Shown in pieces: positions 28,360 through 38,431 of a DNA stretch of 64,000 nt; position 1 is the stretch's first letter, and every line of letters starts with the position of its first letter. The position numbers and the translations under genes were made by a program. Origin of the DNA: Eubacteriales Family XIII. Incertae Sedis bacterium (GTDB lineage: Bacteria > Bacillota > Clostridia > Peptostreptococcales > Anaerovoracaceae); assembly GCA_031272485.1 (NCBI GenBank), contig JAISTV010000017.1, forward strand, positions 4,385 to 68,384. The letters run 5' to 3'. A model generated the notes under the pieces. The model worked only from the letters and a program-made list of their open reading frames with translations, was not told where the DNA came from and made no database searches.

Positions 28360-29454
28360 ATGCGTTATGAAATGAAGAAACCGCACCGGCTTACGGCAGT
28401 GCTGTTAAGTCTGATTCTGCTTGTGGTTGCCGCAGGGGGGCTTACGGCCTGCAGCAGCGAGAAGGTCATGGCTACCGTGGGGAAGACGGACATTACGGTC
28501 ACGGAGGTGGAGCAGATGTCCAGGTTCCTGTGCATGCAGTACGGCATGAGCTTTGACGACCTGGATGCGGACACCCTCTCGGCGGTGGAGTCGTCCATCT
28601 TAAGCTACCTGATAGAAGATGTGATTATCAAGGACTCGCTCGGCAGCACGGACGTTATCACGGACGATGTGCAGGCGGAGATAGACGAGCAGATAGAGTA
28701 CGTGCTGGATGAGGCCAACGGTTACTCCACGTCTTTTGACGAGTACGGCATAACCGAGGAGACGCTCCGCGCCTACCTCGAGTCGAGCTACTATTCCGAG
28801 GCTTTCCAGAACATGGTCTCGGAGGAGGAGCCGGTTACGGATGAGGAGATTCAGGCGTACTACGACGAACACTCGGCGGAGTTTGTCTCCCCGGCGTCCA
28901 TCGCGGTGAGCCACATCCTCATGGGCGACAGCACGCATGACGAGACCTCCCGCGCGGCGATTGAGGAAGTACGCCAGCGGATACTCGACGGCGAGGACTT
29001 TGCCACCTTAGCGGCGGAGTTTTCAACAGACACGGGCTCTGCGTCCGCGGGCGGCGACCTGGGCACCATAACCACGGGCGAGACGGTTGCGGCGTTTGAG
29101 GAGGCGGCGTTTGCCCTGCATGCGGGCGAGGTTTCCGAGATTATCGAGAGCGACTACGGCTTCCACATCATCAAGGCGAACAGCGACCCCACGCCCGAGC
29201 AGCAGATGACCGTGGAAGAGGCGAGCTCGGAGATTTCCACGATTATTCTGAACGAGCACTTTACCGCCAAGCTTCAGGCCCTTAAGAAGGAAGCCAAGGT
29301 GGAGTTTAACACGGACCTGGTGGACGTAACGGACACGGCCGGGACACCGGACGACTGGTCGGATGACACCATAAGCGTGAAGGTGGAAGGCACTACGACC
29401 ACGGACACGGAGAGCGAAGAGGACGAGACTACGTCCGACGCGGCTACCGAATAG
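28360..29454 (+). CDS. PrsA/SurA-like peptidyl-prolyl isomerase lipoprotein
   Basis: Signal peptide with lipobox LTAC; parvulin domain (SHILM..GGDLG..FHIIK). ATG 28360 is preferred over GTG 28321. Confidence 0.85.
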   Translation: MRYEMKKPHRLTAVLLSLILLVVAAGGLTACSSEKVMATVGKTDITVTEVEQMSRFLCMQYGMSFDDLDADTLSAVESSILSYLIEDVIIKDSLGSTDVITDDVQAEIDEQIEYVLDEANGYSTSFDEYGITEETLRAYLESSYYSEAFQNMVSEEEPVTDEEIQAYYDEHSAEFVSPASIAVSHILMGDSTHDETSRAAIEEVRQRILDGEDFATLAAEFSTDTGSASAGGDLGTITTGETVAAFEEAAFALHAGEVSEIIESDYGFHIIKANSDPTPEQQMTVEEASSEISTIILNEHFTAKLQALKKEAKVEFNTDLVDVTDTAGTPDDWSDDTISVKVEGTTTTDTESEEDETTSDAATE

Positions 29455-29471
29455 CTGCTTCGAGAGGCGAA

Positions 29472-30542
29472 ATGGCAGACGGATGGCGGAAAAATCTCAT
29501 AGATCTGGAGCCGTACGTACCCGGTGAGCAGCGCAGCGTGCCGGGGCTCGTAAAGCTGAACACGAACGAGAATCCCTATCCGCCTTCGCCTCAGGTGCTG
29601 TATGCCGTGCGGAATTTCGACGCGGCCAGCCTGAGAAAATACCCGAATCCTACCGGAGAGGCCCTGCGGACCGCCATTGGCGCCCGCTACGGGGTTTCTC
29701 CGGATTGCGTTTTTGTGGGAAACGGCTCCGACGAGGTGCTGGCGTTTGCGTTCCGGGCGGTGTTTAACGGCAGCCTGCCGGTGCTCTTTCCGGACATCAC
29801 CTACTCGTTTTACCCGGTCTGGTGCCGGTTCTTCGGTATCCCGTTTGAGACGGTGCCGCTGGACGGGGACTTTCGGATAGCGGCTTACGAGTACGAGCGG
29901 CCGAACGGCGGCATAGTGCTGTGCAACCCGAACGCGCCCACCGGGATAGGCGAGGGGCAGGAGTTCGTGGAGTACCTTCTGAAGACCAGCCCGGATTCGG
30001 TGGTCATAGTGGACGAGGCGTACGGGGATTTTGGCGGCTGGTCGGCGGTGGGGCTCACAGGAACCTACGAGAACCTGCTCGTGTGCCGCACGCTGTCCAA
30101 GTCGTACTCGCTGGCTGGCCTGCGCGTGGGCTATCTGGTGGGAAGCCGGGAGGCCATCGCGGCGGTCACGGCGGTCAAGGACTGCGTGAATTCCTACACC
30201 ATGAGCAATCTGGCGGTGGAGGCGGCTATAGTGGCGCTCAAGGACGAGGCGTATTTTCAGGCGAACCTGGAGCGCGTGCTGCGGACCCGGTATCAGACCA
30301 TGAACCGGTTGCGGGCGCTGGGGTTTACCGTTTTAGACAGCCAGGCGAACTTTATTTTCGTTTCGCACCCGGACGCGCCGGCGCAGGCGCTTTACGAGTA
30401 CCTCGGGGCGCGGAACATTCTGGTGCGCTGGTTTGCGGGCCCGCGTGTGCGGGACTTCCTGCGGATCAGCATAGGCATGGACGCGGATATGGAAACGCTG
30501 CTGGCGGCCATAGAGGCGTATCTTAAGGAGAAAACCGTATGA
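29472..30542 (+). CDS. hisC: histidinol-phosphate aminotransferase family
   Basis: LNTNENPYPPSP and the SKSYSLAGLRVGY PLP-lysine motif. Confidence 0.88.
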   Translation: MADGWRKNLIDLEPYVPGEQRSVPGLVKLNTNENPYPPSPQVLYAVRNFDAASLRKYPNPTGEALRTAIGARYGVSPDCVFVGNGSDEVLAFAFRAVFNGSLPVLFPDITYSFYPVWCRFFGIPFETVPLDGDFRIAAYEYERPNGGIVLCNPNAPTGIGEGQEFVEYLLKTSPDSVVIVDEAYGDFGGWSAVGLTGTYENLLVCRTLSKSYSLAGLRVGYLVGSREAIAAVTAVKDCVNSYTMSNLAVEAAIVALKDEAYFQANLERVLRTRYQTMNRLRALGFTVLDSQANFIFVSHPDAPAQALYEYLGARNILVRWFAGPRVRDFLRISIGMDADMETLLAAIEAYLKEKTV

Positions 30543-31843
30543 GCACTTTGTTTGAACGCATCACCATTCTGGATAAGTACGGCGTGGTGCAGCCGGACCA
30601 CTATGTGCTCGTGAAGGGCAGCCGGATCGCCTACGTGGGCAAGGAGTCGCCGGGCGACTTCGCGGATACCACGGTCTCCGGCAGGGACAAGCTGCTCATG
30701 CCGGCGTTTTATAACGCGCATTCCCACTCCGTTATGAGCCTGCTGCGGGGCTACGGCGAGAACATGGTGCTGGACGACTGGCTGAACAAGCGGATTTTCC
30801 CGTTCGAGGCGCAGCTGGATAAAGAGGCGGCCTACTGGGGCGCCATGCTGCATATGGCGGAGTCTTTCCGCAACGGGATAGCCTCCTCCACGGATATGTA
30901 CAACTTCTGCGAGGAAATCGTGCGGGCGGCGGCGGACACAGGCGCCAAAATCAACATGGGCCGGGCGCTGTTGAACTTCGACGAAGATGTCGCCATGCGG
31001 GACATGGACGGCTTCAAGGAGATGGACTCCATGGTCAAGATAGCCCACGGCGCGTACGACGGGCGGATTCGCGTGGAGGCTTCGCTGCACGCGGAGTACA
31101 CGTCCACCGAGCGGCTCGCGCGGGAGCTGGCCGAGTACGCGGCCACGGAAGGGCTGCACATGCACGTGCACGTTTCCGAGACCAAGGCGGAGCACGAGGG
31201 TTGCAAGGAGCGGCGGGGCGGCAGAACGCCCGTTCGCTACCTGTATGACGTGGGTCTGTTCGACGTGATGACCACGGCGGCGCACTGCGTGTGGATTGAG
31301 CGCGAGGACGTGGCGCTGCTCAAGGAAAAGGACGTGACGGTGGCTACCTGCCCGGTGAGCAATATCAAGCTCGCGAGCGGCCTTTGTCCGGTGCCGTCTC
31401 TGCTCAGGCTCGGGGTGAACGTGGCGCTGGGGACGGACTCCGTGGCGTCCAACAACAACCTGGACATGATAGAAGAAATGAAGTTTATGTCGCTCCTCCA
31501 GAAGGGCTGGCGCGGGGATCCCACGCTGCTCTCGCCGCGGGAGGCCGTGAACGCGGCCACGTTCGCGGGGGCGGCCGCGCAGGGCAGAAGCGACTGCGGG
31601 AGCCTCTCCGAGGGCTACCGGGCAGACCTGATCGTGCTGGACATGCACAAGCCGGAAATGCAGCCCGTTCACGACGTGTATAACAACCTGGTCTACGCCG
31701 CATCCGGGCGGGATGTGTATATGACCATGATCGACGGCAAGGTCGTCTACAAGGACGGCGCTTATCTTACATTAGACATTGACCGCGTGCTGTACGAGGC
31801 GGCGGCGGCCACGAAACGCATTCTCGGGAAATTGGATGAGTAA
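30539..31843 (+). CDS. mtaD: amidohydrolase, 5-methylthioadenosine/S-adenosylhomocysteine deaminase-like
   Basis: NAHSHS metal-binding HxH motif, HVSET, GTDS.ASNN. The start overlaps the hisC stop. Confidence 0.8.
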   Translation: MSTLFERITILDKYGVVQPDHYVLVKGSRIAYVGKESPGDFADTTVSGRDKLLMPAFYNAHSHSVMSLLRGYGENMVLDDWLNKRIFPFEAQLDKEAAYWGAMLHMAESFRNGIASSTDMYNFCEEIVRAAADTGAKINMGRALLNFDEDVAMRDMDGFKEMDSMVKIAHGAYDGRIRVEASLHAEYTSTERLARELAEYAATEGLHMHVHVSETKAEHEGCKERRGGRTPVRYLYDVGLFDVMTTAAHCVWIEREDVALLKEKDVTVATCPVSNIKLASGLCPVPSLLRLGVNVALGTDSVASNNNLDMIEEMKFMSLLQKGWRGDPTLLSPREAVNAATFAGAAAQGRSDCGSLSEGYRADLIVLDMHKPEMQPVHDVYNNLVYAASGRDVYMTMIDGKVVYKDGAYLTLDIDRVLYEAAAATKRILGKLDE

Positions 31844-33479
31844 AACCCAAAAGACTTTCATGGGCGGCGCCATGATTCTGGCGGTCGCCGGCGCGCTTAC
31901 CAAGATTTTGGGCGCCATATTCCGCATTCCGCTTACGAACCTTATAGGCTCGGACGGCATGAGCTACTATCAGGCCGCTTACCCGGTCTACACGCTGGCG
32001 ATTATCATCTCCACGGCGGGTTTTCCCGTGGCCATCTCCAGGCTCATTTCCGAGCGGGCGGTGCACGGGGACTATTACGGCGCGCACCGGATTTACAAGG
32101 TTTCCTTCGCGCTTATGGGGGCGCTGGGCGGGGGGCTGTTTTTGCTCTTGTGGTTCGGGGCGGTGCCGCTCACCAAGTATTTAGACGACCTGCAGGGGTC
32201 CATCCACGCGCTTAGGGCCATAGCGCCGGCGCTGTTTTTCGTCACGATTATGTCCGCGCAGCTCGGGTACTTTCAGGGCATGCGCAACATGCGGCCCACG
32301 GCGGTGGTCCAGGTCACGGAGCAGCTCTTCCGGGTGTTCGTGGGGCTGGGGCTCGCGTGGTTCTTCCTCCCCAAGGGGCTCGAGTACGCGGCGGCGGGCG
32401 CCACGTTCGGCGCTACGGCGGGCGGCATAGCGGGCCTGCTCGTGGTCATGCTCATCTACATAGCGTTCCGGCGCACGCCGGGGTTCGACCGGCGGCTGGA
32501 GAGCAGCTACCGGCGGTTTGCGGGGCAGGAGGAGCCCGTCATGAGCATCCTGCGGCGGATTTTCGCCATTTCCATCCCGGTGACCATAGGGGCTTCCATC
32601 ATGCCCATCATGTACAATCTGGACGTTCTAATCGTTACGAACCGGCTTTCCGCTTCGGGGCTGGAACCGGAGGCCGTGCGCAGCATGTACGGACAGCTCA
32701 CCGCCATGGCGGGCAGCGTGGTGAACCTGCCGTTCACCATTACCGAGGCCATGGCCATAAGCCTGGTGCCCACCATCGTGGAGGCCTTCCAGACGCGCGA
32801 CGCGCCTTTCCTGCACCGCAACGTGCGGCTGGGCGTGCACGCGACCATGATTCTGGCTTCCCCCTGCGCGGTGGGCATGATGGTACTCGCCAAGCCCATC
32901 ATGCTGCTGCTTTATCCCTTGCAGAAGGAGGACGCGGCGGCGGCGGCGCCCAGCTTCTTTATCCTGGCCTTAGGGATTATCTTTCTTTCGCTTACGCAGA
33001 GCCTCACGGCGGTATTGCAGGGCGTGCAGCACCAGGGGCTGCCGGTTATCAACATGCTCATAGGCGCGGTGTTCAAGGGCGTGCTCACGTTCTTCCTTAC
33101 GGCCACGGCGCTCAACATTCGCGGCGCGGCGGTGGGCACCACGGTGGCGTACGCGGTGGCGGCGGTTCTGAACCTGCGTTCCGTGCAGAAGTACACGAAG
33201 ACCCGCATCCTGTGGGGCAAGACGGTCATCCGCCCGCTCATAAGCGCGGTGGTTATGGGCGGTTTCGCGCTGCTGACCTACAAGCTGCTTTCCGGGGTGG
33301 CCGGGAACTCCATAGGTACGCTGGCCGGCATTCTCGTGGGCGCGCTGGTCTACGTGGTCATGCTTCTGGCCACGAAAGCGGTCTCCGAAGAGGATTTGGC
33401 GGGGTTTCCGAAGGGTGAAACCCTTGTTAAGCTTTATCGAAAAGTGTTGACAAGAATGCCTCATAATGCGAGAATGTAA
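31836..33479 (+). CDS. MOP-superfamily flippase (SpoVB/MurJ/YabM-like polysaccharide biosynthesis protein)
   Basis: Starts MSKTQKTFMGGAMILAVAGALTKILGAIFRIPLTNLIG; polytopic membrane protein. ATG 31836 overlaps the mtaD end. Confidence 0.85.
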   Translation: MSKTQKTFMGGAMILAVAGALTKILGAIFRIPLTNLIGSDGMSYYQAAYPVYTLAIIISTAGFPVAISRLISERAVHGDYYGAHRIYKVSFALMGALGGGLFLLLWFGAVPLTKYLDDLQGSIHALRAIAPALFFVTIMSAQLGYFQGMRNMRPTAVVQVTEQLFRVFVGLGLAWFFLPKGLEYAAAGATFGATAGGIAGLLVVMLIYIAFRRTPGFDRRLESSYRRFAGQEEPVMSILRRIFAISIPVTIGASIMPIMYNLDVLIVTNRLSASGLEPEAVRSMYGQLTAMAGSVVNLPFTITEAMAISLVPTIVEAFQTRDAPFLHRNVRLGVHATMILASPCAVGMMVLAKPIMLLLYPLQKEDAAAAAPSFFILALGIIFLSLTQSLTAVLQGVQHQGLPVINMLIGAVFKGVLTFFLTATALNIRGAAVGTTVAYAVAAVLNLRSVQKYTKTRILWGKTVIRPLISAVVMGGFALLTYKLLSGVAGNSIGTLAGILVGALVYVVMLLATKAVSEEDLAGFPKGETLVKLYRKVLTRMPHNARM

Positions 33480-33536
33480 CACGTAATTGGTCAGAGCTTC
33501 CTATGAGTTTCTTTTTAGAAGAAGGAGGAAAATTCC

Positions 33537-33815
33537 GTGAACAAAGCAGATTTGATTGCAGCAGTAGCCGACAAGACCGGCTTCACCAAAAAAGACGCCG
33601 AAATCTCCGTGAATGCGTTGATTTCCACGATTGAAGGTGCACTGATAAAGGGAGAGAAAGTGCAGCTCATCGGTTTTGGTACGTTTGAGACCCGCAAGAG
33701 AAAGGCTCGTATGGGCCGCAACCCCCGCAAGCCGGACGAAGTCATGGAGATCAAGGCTTCCACGGCCCCCGTTTTCAAGGCGGGCAAGGCACTGAAGGAC
33801 GCCGTCAACAAATAA
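33537..33815 (+). CDS. hup: HU family DNA-binding protein
   Basis: MNKADLI..V...G.TKKDAE..V.A......[23 protein letters not shown]; GGAGG RBS ahead of a GTG start. Confidence 0.95.
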   Translation: MNKADLIAAVADKTGFTKKDAEISVNALISTIEGALIKGEKVQLIGFGTFETRKRKARMGRNPRKPDEVMEIKASTAPVFKAGKALKDAVNK

Positions 33816-33840
33816 GAGGCAGCTAAATTCGAAAGAAACA

Positions 33841-33876
33841 GGGCTTCTGCGCTCAGGCGCAGAAGCCCTTCTCATT
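33841..33876 (+). terminator. intrinsic terminator after hup
   Basis: Perfect 12-bp stem GGGCTTCTGCGC / GCGCAGAAGCCC, TCAG loop, T-rich tail. Confidence 0.8.
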
Positions 33877-33938
33877 GCGCAGGATCGCGCCCCGGCCGCG
33901 GCCATGAACATGGCATAATTCCGGGAAGGATGCGGGCT

Positions 33939-34181
33939 TTAGCTTAGCACTTCGTACATGTCTGCGGCGTCTTCTTTTTTTGTGGACTCTGCGAGGCTGC
34001 GGACGCGGACTTTCAGGTCGTTTTTGCCGAAGTGGACGGTGATCTCGTCGCCGGGGGAGACTTCCGCGCCGGCTTTCACCACGCGGCCGCCTATCTCCAC
34101 GCGGCCCAGGTCGCAGGCTTCTTTCGCCACGGTGCGGCGCTTGATAATCCTTGAGACTTTCAAAAACTTGTCTATGCGCAT
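33939..34181 (-). CDS. rqcP: S4-domain RNA-binding protein, YabO/RqcP (Hsp15-like)
   Basis: MRIDKFLKVSRIIKRRTVAKEA...GRV.I.G...K......GDEITV closely resembles B. subtilis YabO as I recall it. The upstream part of the listed 131-aa ORF is not needed. Confidence 0.85.
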   Translation of the reverse strand: MRIDKFLKVSRIIKRRTVAKEACDLGRVEIGGRVVKAGAEVSPGDEITVHFGKNDLKVRVRSLAESTKKEDAADMYEVLS

Positions 34182-34183
34182 GG

Positions 34184-34735
34184 TTATTCCCGCTTTCCTA
34201 TCTTTTCGTAGAGCATTTTGAACCGCTTGAGCACCACGTACCACAAGAAGACATAGACCGGCGTCATGGCCGTGTTGAGGGACACGCGGGCGAGCAGCGT
34301 AGCCATTACCGTCTCCTTCCCGTAGAGCATCCACAGCCAGAGGGTGTTCAGACCGAGGAAGACTATGAGCAGATTCAGGACGGCGGGCAGGATGACGCGC
34401 GGCCAGGTGACCTCCCGCTTGTAGAGGAAGAGGGCGAACAGGAGGCAGGTGGCCATCTCGCTGAAGGCGTAAAACGGCAGGTAGGCGCCGCCGGAGCCCT
34501 GGGAGGCTACGAAGCCGAGGAAATCGCCCGCAAAACCGAACAGGAGGCCCGCCACGGGGCCAAAAGTCATGCCGCAGACGGCGTCTATGATGTGCGCGAG
34601 GGTGAAAACCTTCACGCCGCTGATATAAATGGTCAGAAAGGGCAGGCCGAGGATAGCCCGGAGCGCGAGAAGCAGCGCCAGGGTGGTCAGGGACTTGGGG
34701 CGGAAGACTTCTTTTACGGAAAACAGCTCTCTCAT
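34184..34735 (-). CDS. ECF transporter S component (folate-family-like)
   Basis: About 5-6 TM helices; ..DAVCGMTFGPVAGLLFGFAGDFLGF.. pattern of ECF substrate-capture subunits. Substrate assignment is tentative. Confidence 0.6.
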   Translation of the reverse strand: MRELFSVKEVFRPKSLTTLALLLALRAILGLPFLTIYISGVKVFTLAHIIDAVCGMTFGPVAGLLFGFAGDFLGFVASQGSGGAYLPFYAFSEMATCLLFALFLYKREVTWPRVILPAVLNLLIVFLGLNTLWLWMLYGKETVMATLLARVSLNTAMTPVYVFLWYVVLKRFKMLYEKIGKRE

Positions 34736-34744
34736 GCCGCCGCC

Positions 34745-35794
34745 CTACATTTCCGCCAGAAACATGGTCAGGGCGAGCTGCTCGGGGAACAGGCCGGTGC
34801 GGATGTCCGGCTCCACGCGGTAGAGGCGCTCCGTGAGGTGCATGAGCCCCGACAGGGAGTAGCGCTCCGCGTAGGAGGCGGCTTTTTTCAGGCGGAATTC
34901 GCTCTTGATGTCCAGGGCGCGCATGATTTCGCCGAAGGATTTTCCGCGTTCGCGCATCTCCTTGTAGCCGAGCATCATCTCGAACTGGCTCGTGAGCAGC
35001 GGCAGCAGGCGAAACGCGCTCTCGCCGCGCTCCAGCAGCTGGATGAGCAGTTCTATGGCCGTGCCCTTGTCGCCGGAGGAGACCGCGTCGAGCATGCGGA
35101 AGACATCCGTCTCCAGCGGCACGCCCATGCAGGCGGATATGTCGGAGGGGCGAATCTCCTCGCGGTCCGCGTAGGCGGCCACCCGCGCTATGTCGCCCTC
35201 TACGGCGTACAGGTCCGTATCCGCGTCGCGCTGCAGGTAGCCGGACGCCGCAATCAGCGCGTCCACGCTCTCGGCATCGGCGTGCTTGCCGGCCTGCGCG
35301 AAGCGGTTTTTGACGAAGGCCTTCAGGTCGGACCGTTCCAGGCGGTCGAAGGCGTAGGTTTTCCCGTCTTTCAGGGCGTTCTTATACAGGGCGGAGCGTT
35401 TGCTCACGCTGTCCGCACTCAGAATCAGCAGGGTGGAGGCGGGGACCTCAGGCAGGTACTCGGCGAGGCGTTTCATGTCCGCGCCCGCAAGGCTCTTCTC
35501 GTCGCCGCGGATGTTCTTCACCGTGACCACGCGGCGCTCGGAGAGCATGGGCAGCGTGTCGCAGGCCCCTATGAGCGTGTCGGCGCGCAGCTCCTCGGCG
35601 TCAAAGGTGGCGCCGTCCATGGGCTCGGCGCCGGGCATGAGGAAGGTCGCGGCAAGGCGCCTGGCGTAGACGTCCGCCAGCAGGCCCTCGCTACCGTACA
35701 GCAGGACGACGCGAATGCCCGCCGTGCGAAACACGTCGTTACGAAGGTCCTGTTCAATCTGCCGGAATCCGGCCGTCTGCGGTTGCGATTTCAA
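34745..35794 (-). CDS. holA: DNA polymerase III delta subunit
   Basis: Length and the VVLLYGSEGLL N-terminal pattern; located downstream of comEC as in many Firmicutes. The start codon is uncertain because it overlaps comEC by 41 nt. Confidence 0.8.
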   Translation of the reverse strand: MKSQPQTAGFRQIEQDLRNDVFRTAGIRVVLLYGSEGLLADVYARRLAATFLMPGAEPMDGATFDAEELRADTLIGACDTLPMLSERRVVTVKNIRGDEKSLAGADMKRLAEYLPEVPASTLLILSADSVSKRSALYKNALKDGKTYAFDRLERSDLKAFVKNRFAQAGKHADAESVDALIAASGYLQRDADTDLYAVEGDIARVAAYADREEIRPSDISACMGVPLETDVFRMLDAVSSGDKGTAIELLIQLLERGESAFRLLPLLTSQFEMMLGYKEMRERGKSFGEIMRALDIKSEFRLKKAASYAERYSLSGLMHLTERLYRVEPDIRTGLFPEQLALTMFLAEM

Positions 35795-38342
35795 CTATTT
35801 TTCCCTCTTTTATAGAAAAGCGCACTGCGCCGGAAAGGTCGTTTCTCAGCAAGATTATATCACGCGCCGAGAGCTTTGTAATGACCTCACTGGTCGGGTG
35901 CCCGAACGCGTTATTCCCGCTCTGGATGACCGCGTAATCCGGCGCCACCGCGTCCAGAAACGCCTCCGTGGTGGAAAACCGGCTGCCGTGGTGGCCCACC
36001 TTGAGTATGTCGGCGCTGATGCCGGCTCCGCCGAGGGCCAGCGTGGCTTTTTCGCCCACCTCGCCCATATCGCCGGTCATGAGCGTCCGCACCCCCTCGT
36101 AGTCCACACGCAACAGCAGGCTGGTGAGGTTCTCGTCTTCGCCGTCACCTATCATGGCCCGCTCGGCTACCTCATCTGTACGGGGCGGATACAGCACGTC
36201 TACATAGACATTGGCGCCCAGACGGACACGGTCCCCGCGGGCCAAATAGACCACGTCCGCAGGGTTTATGGCGCTGCCGGAGCAGACCTCCTCGGGGCGG
36301 TAGCGGTTCGCGTCGTAGACGTACACGCGGCCTATGTCCATGTATTCGGAGAGCTCGCGGATGCCGCCGAAGTGGTCCTGATGCAGGTGGCTTACGAACA
36401 CGCCGTCCAGATGACCCACGCCGTTCTTGAGCAGGTAGGGCAGCAGGGTGTTCTTGCCCACGTTGTAGTCCGTGCTGCCGCCGCCGTCCACAAGGTAGTT
36501 GCGGCCGTCCTGCGTGCGGATGTGCAGGCAGTCGCCCTGGCCCACGTCCACGAAGGTGAGCGCGGCGGTGTTGCGGCGCAGGGCGGGATTCGCGAGGCTC
36601 AGGGCGGCGAGGAGGATGCAGAGGACGGCGCAGAAGAGGGGCAGGGCGCGGAGGTGGCGGCTGCGGATTATGAGGAAGCCCTCCGAGCAGAGGAAGAAGA
36701 CGAGTGCGTAGAAGAGGAAGACGGTCTGCGGGCGGGGGCAGACGGTCGGCACGCCGGCCAGCGGCAGACCGCTCACGAAGCGCGTGACGCTTATCATGCC
36801 GTCTATGAGGGCGCCCTCCGCGGCGAGGAGGGCCGAGAATATGTGTTCGAGAAGCGGCGCGGCTGAGGGGAGCGCGTCACCGGCCGCGGAAAGCAGGAAA
36901 CAGACGAGGCCGGCCGGCAGCAGCAGCCCCGTGAGCGGGATGAACACGAGGTTGAGCAACATGCCGATCAGCGGGATGTAGCCGAAGCAGTAGGCAGTCA
37001 TGGGCGCCATACAGCCCTGCAGAAGCAGCAACGGGAGGAGCTTGCGGCCGGTGAACTCCGCGAGGAAGGTCTTCAGGGTGCGACGGCGCAGCGCCCCCAC
37101 GCCGCGTCCCGGCAGAGGTGCGCCTGTTCGCAGGTCCCGGTAGCCCGTGAACCGCCCGAGGAACGGCATGAGAAACGAGAGCGTGAGCACGCACAGAAAC
37201 GACAGCTGAAAGCCCATAGAAAACAGCAGGGCGGGGCGTAGCAGCAGCAGCCCCAGCGCGGTGGCGGCCGCCCCCGTCAGCAGGTCGTAGCGCCGATGGG
37301 TGGCGCCCGCCAGAATGTGCAGGCCGATCATGAGCCCCGCGCGGCACACCGACGGGCTGAACTCCGCAAACAGCGCGTACAGCAGCAGCGCCAGCAGGCT
37401 CACCGCGGCCGTCAGCGGCGTGCGCCGGTGCCCGAACAGCCGCAGCAGTGCCAGGTACACGATGCCCATATGCAGCCCGCTCACCGCCAGCAGATGGCAG
37501 ATGCCCGCCCGCCTGAACAGGTCGTACGTCTCCTCGGACAGCGCCCCCGTGTCCCCGAACACGAACCCTGAGAAAATCCCGAACGCGTCCGGGCTCAGCT
37601 GCGTTTTCGCGCGTGCCAGAAAGCGGTACTTGGCCGTGAAAAGCCCGCTGAGCGCCCGGCCCACCGGGTCATCCGCCAATGGAAGGCGCCTGACGGCGCT
37701 GTCCGCCGAGGTAATCACGATGCGAACGCCTTTGCCGCGCAAGAAGAGCGCGTAGTCGAAACAGCCCGGGTTGCGCTGGCCCTGCGGGGGCTGCGCCCGT
37801 CCCGAGAAGCGGACGCGGCGGCCGGCGTAGTCCGCGGGATCAAGGCCGTCGCCCTTTATCCGGAGCAGGAGGTTTCGCCCGTCCGCGCGGACGATTACGT
37901 CCATGGAGTGTTCCCGCACCTTCTGAATCTGCAGCACGCGGCCCGTCTGGGTGGGGATGGGCGCATCTATCTCGGCCGCGTAGGATGCGGGCAGATTGTT
38001 GTACGGAAGCTGCGCGTAAGGCGCGAGCGGGTCCTCGGCGGTGAGCGCGGCTTCGCAGCGGAATAGCCCCAGGAGCAGGAAAGCCGTCATGGCCAGCGCG
38101 AGGACGGGCACGCGGCGGAGCGGGGGCGACGCGCTGCCCTGTGCGGTCCCCGCTTCCGGCGCGCTGCCGGCACTGTGCCCGGCCGCTCTCGCTAAACGCA
38201 CCCTGGCCTGAAGCAAAAAGAAAAGCCCCGCCAGAAGCGCGGCGAACAGGATTACCCCCCCAGGTGGACGAAAGACATACCACCCGGCGATGCCGGCGGC
38301 ATAGGATAGCGAAACAAAAGAAAGTGGTCGTCTGCATCTCAT
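35754..38342 (-). CDS. comEC: DNA internalization-related competence protein ComEC/Rec2
   Basis: Polytopic competence domain plus a C-terminal metallo-beta-lactamase domain (FVDVGQGDC, SHLHQDHFGG, KVGHHGS). Confidence 0.92.
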   Translation of the reverse strand: MRCRRPLSFVSLSYAAGIAGWYVFRPPGGVILFAALLAGLFFLLQARVRLARAAGHSAGSAPEAGTAQGSASPPLRRVPVLALAMTAFLLLGLFRCEAALTAEDPLAPYAQLPYNNLPASYAAEIDAPIPTQTGRVLQIQKVREHSMDVIVRADGRNLLLRIKGDGLDPADYAGRRVRFSGRAQPPQGQRNPGCFDYALFLRGKGVRIVITSADSAVRRLPLADDPVGRALSGLFTAKYRFLARAKTQLSPDAFGIFSGFVFGDTGALSEETYDLFRRAGICHLLAVSGLHMGIVYLALLRLFGHRRTPLTAAVSLLALLLYALFAEFSPSVCRAGLMIGLHILAGATHRRYDLLTGAAATALGLLLLRPALLFSMGFQLSFLCVLTLSFLMPFLGRFTGYRDLRTGAPLPGRGVGALRRRTLKTFLAEFTGRKLLPLLLLQGCMAPMTAYCFGYIPLIGMLLNLVFIPLTGLLLPAGLVCFLLSAAGDALPSAAPLLEHIFSALLAAEGALIDGMISVTRFVSGLPLAGVPTVCPRPQTVFLFYALVFFLCSEGFLIIRSRHLRALPLFCAVLCILLAALSLANPALRRNTAALTFVDVGQGDCLHIRTQDGRNYLVDGGGSTDYNVGKNTLLPYLLKNGVGHLDGVFVSHLHQDHFGGIRELSEYMDIGRVYVYDANRYRPEEVCSGSAINPADVVYLARGDRVRLGANVYVDVLYPPRTDEVAERAMIGDGEDENLTSLLLRVDYEGVRTLMTGDMGEVGEKATLALGGAGISADILKVGHHGSRFSTTEAFLDAVAPDYAVIQSGNNAFGHPTSEVITKLSARDIILLRNDLSGAVRFSIKEGKIVEIATADGRIPAD

Positions 38343-38397
38343 AATATAGCTATGTTAACAGAAAATAACAGTCGCGTCAACCCATAAATAATTATTA

Positions 38398-38425
38398 TTG
38401 ACATTTAACCCCATGGAGATATAAT
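38398..38425 (+). promoter_or_regulatory. near-consensus sigma-A type promoter with no downstream plus-strand gene
   Basis: TTGACA (38398-38403), 16-nt spacer, TATAAT (38420-38425), in an AT-rich island. It faces the 3' end of the convergent AbfD-like gene. Confidence 0.6.
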
Positions 38426-38431
38426 GGGAAA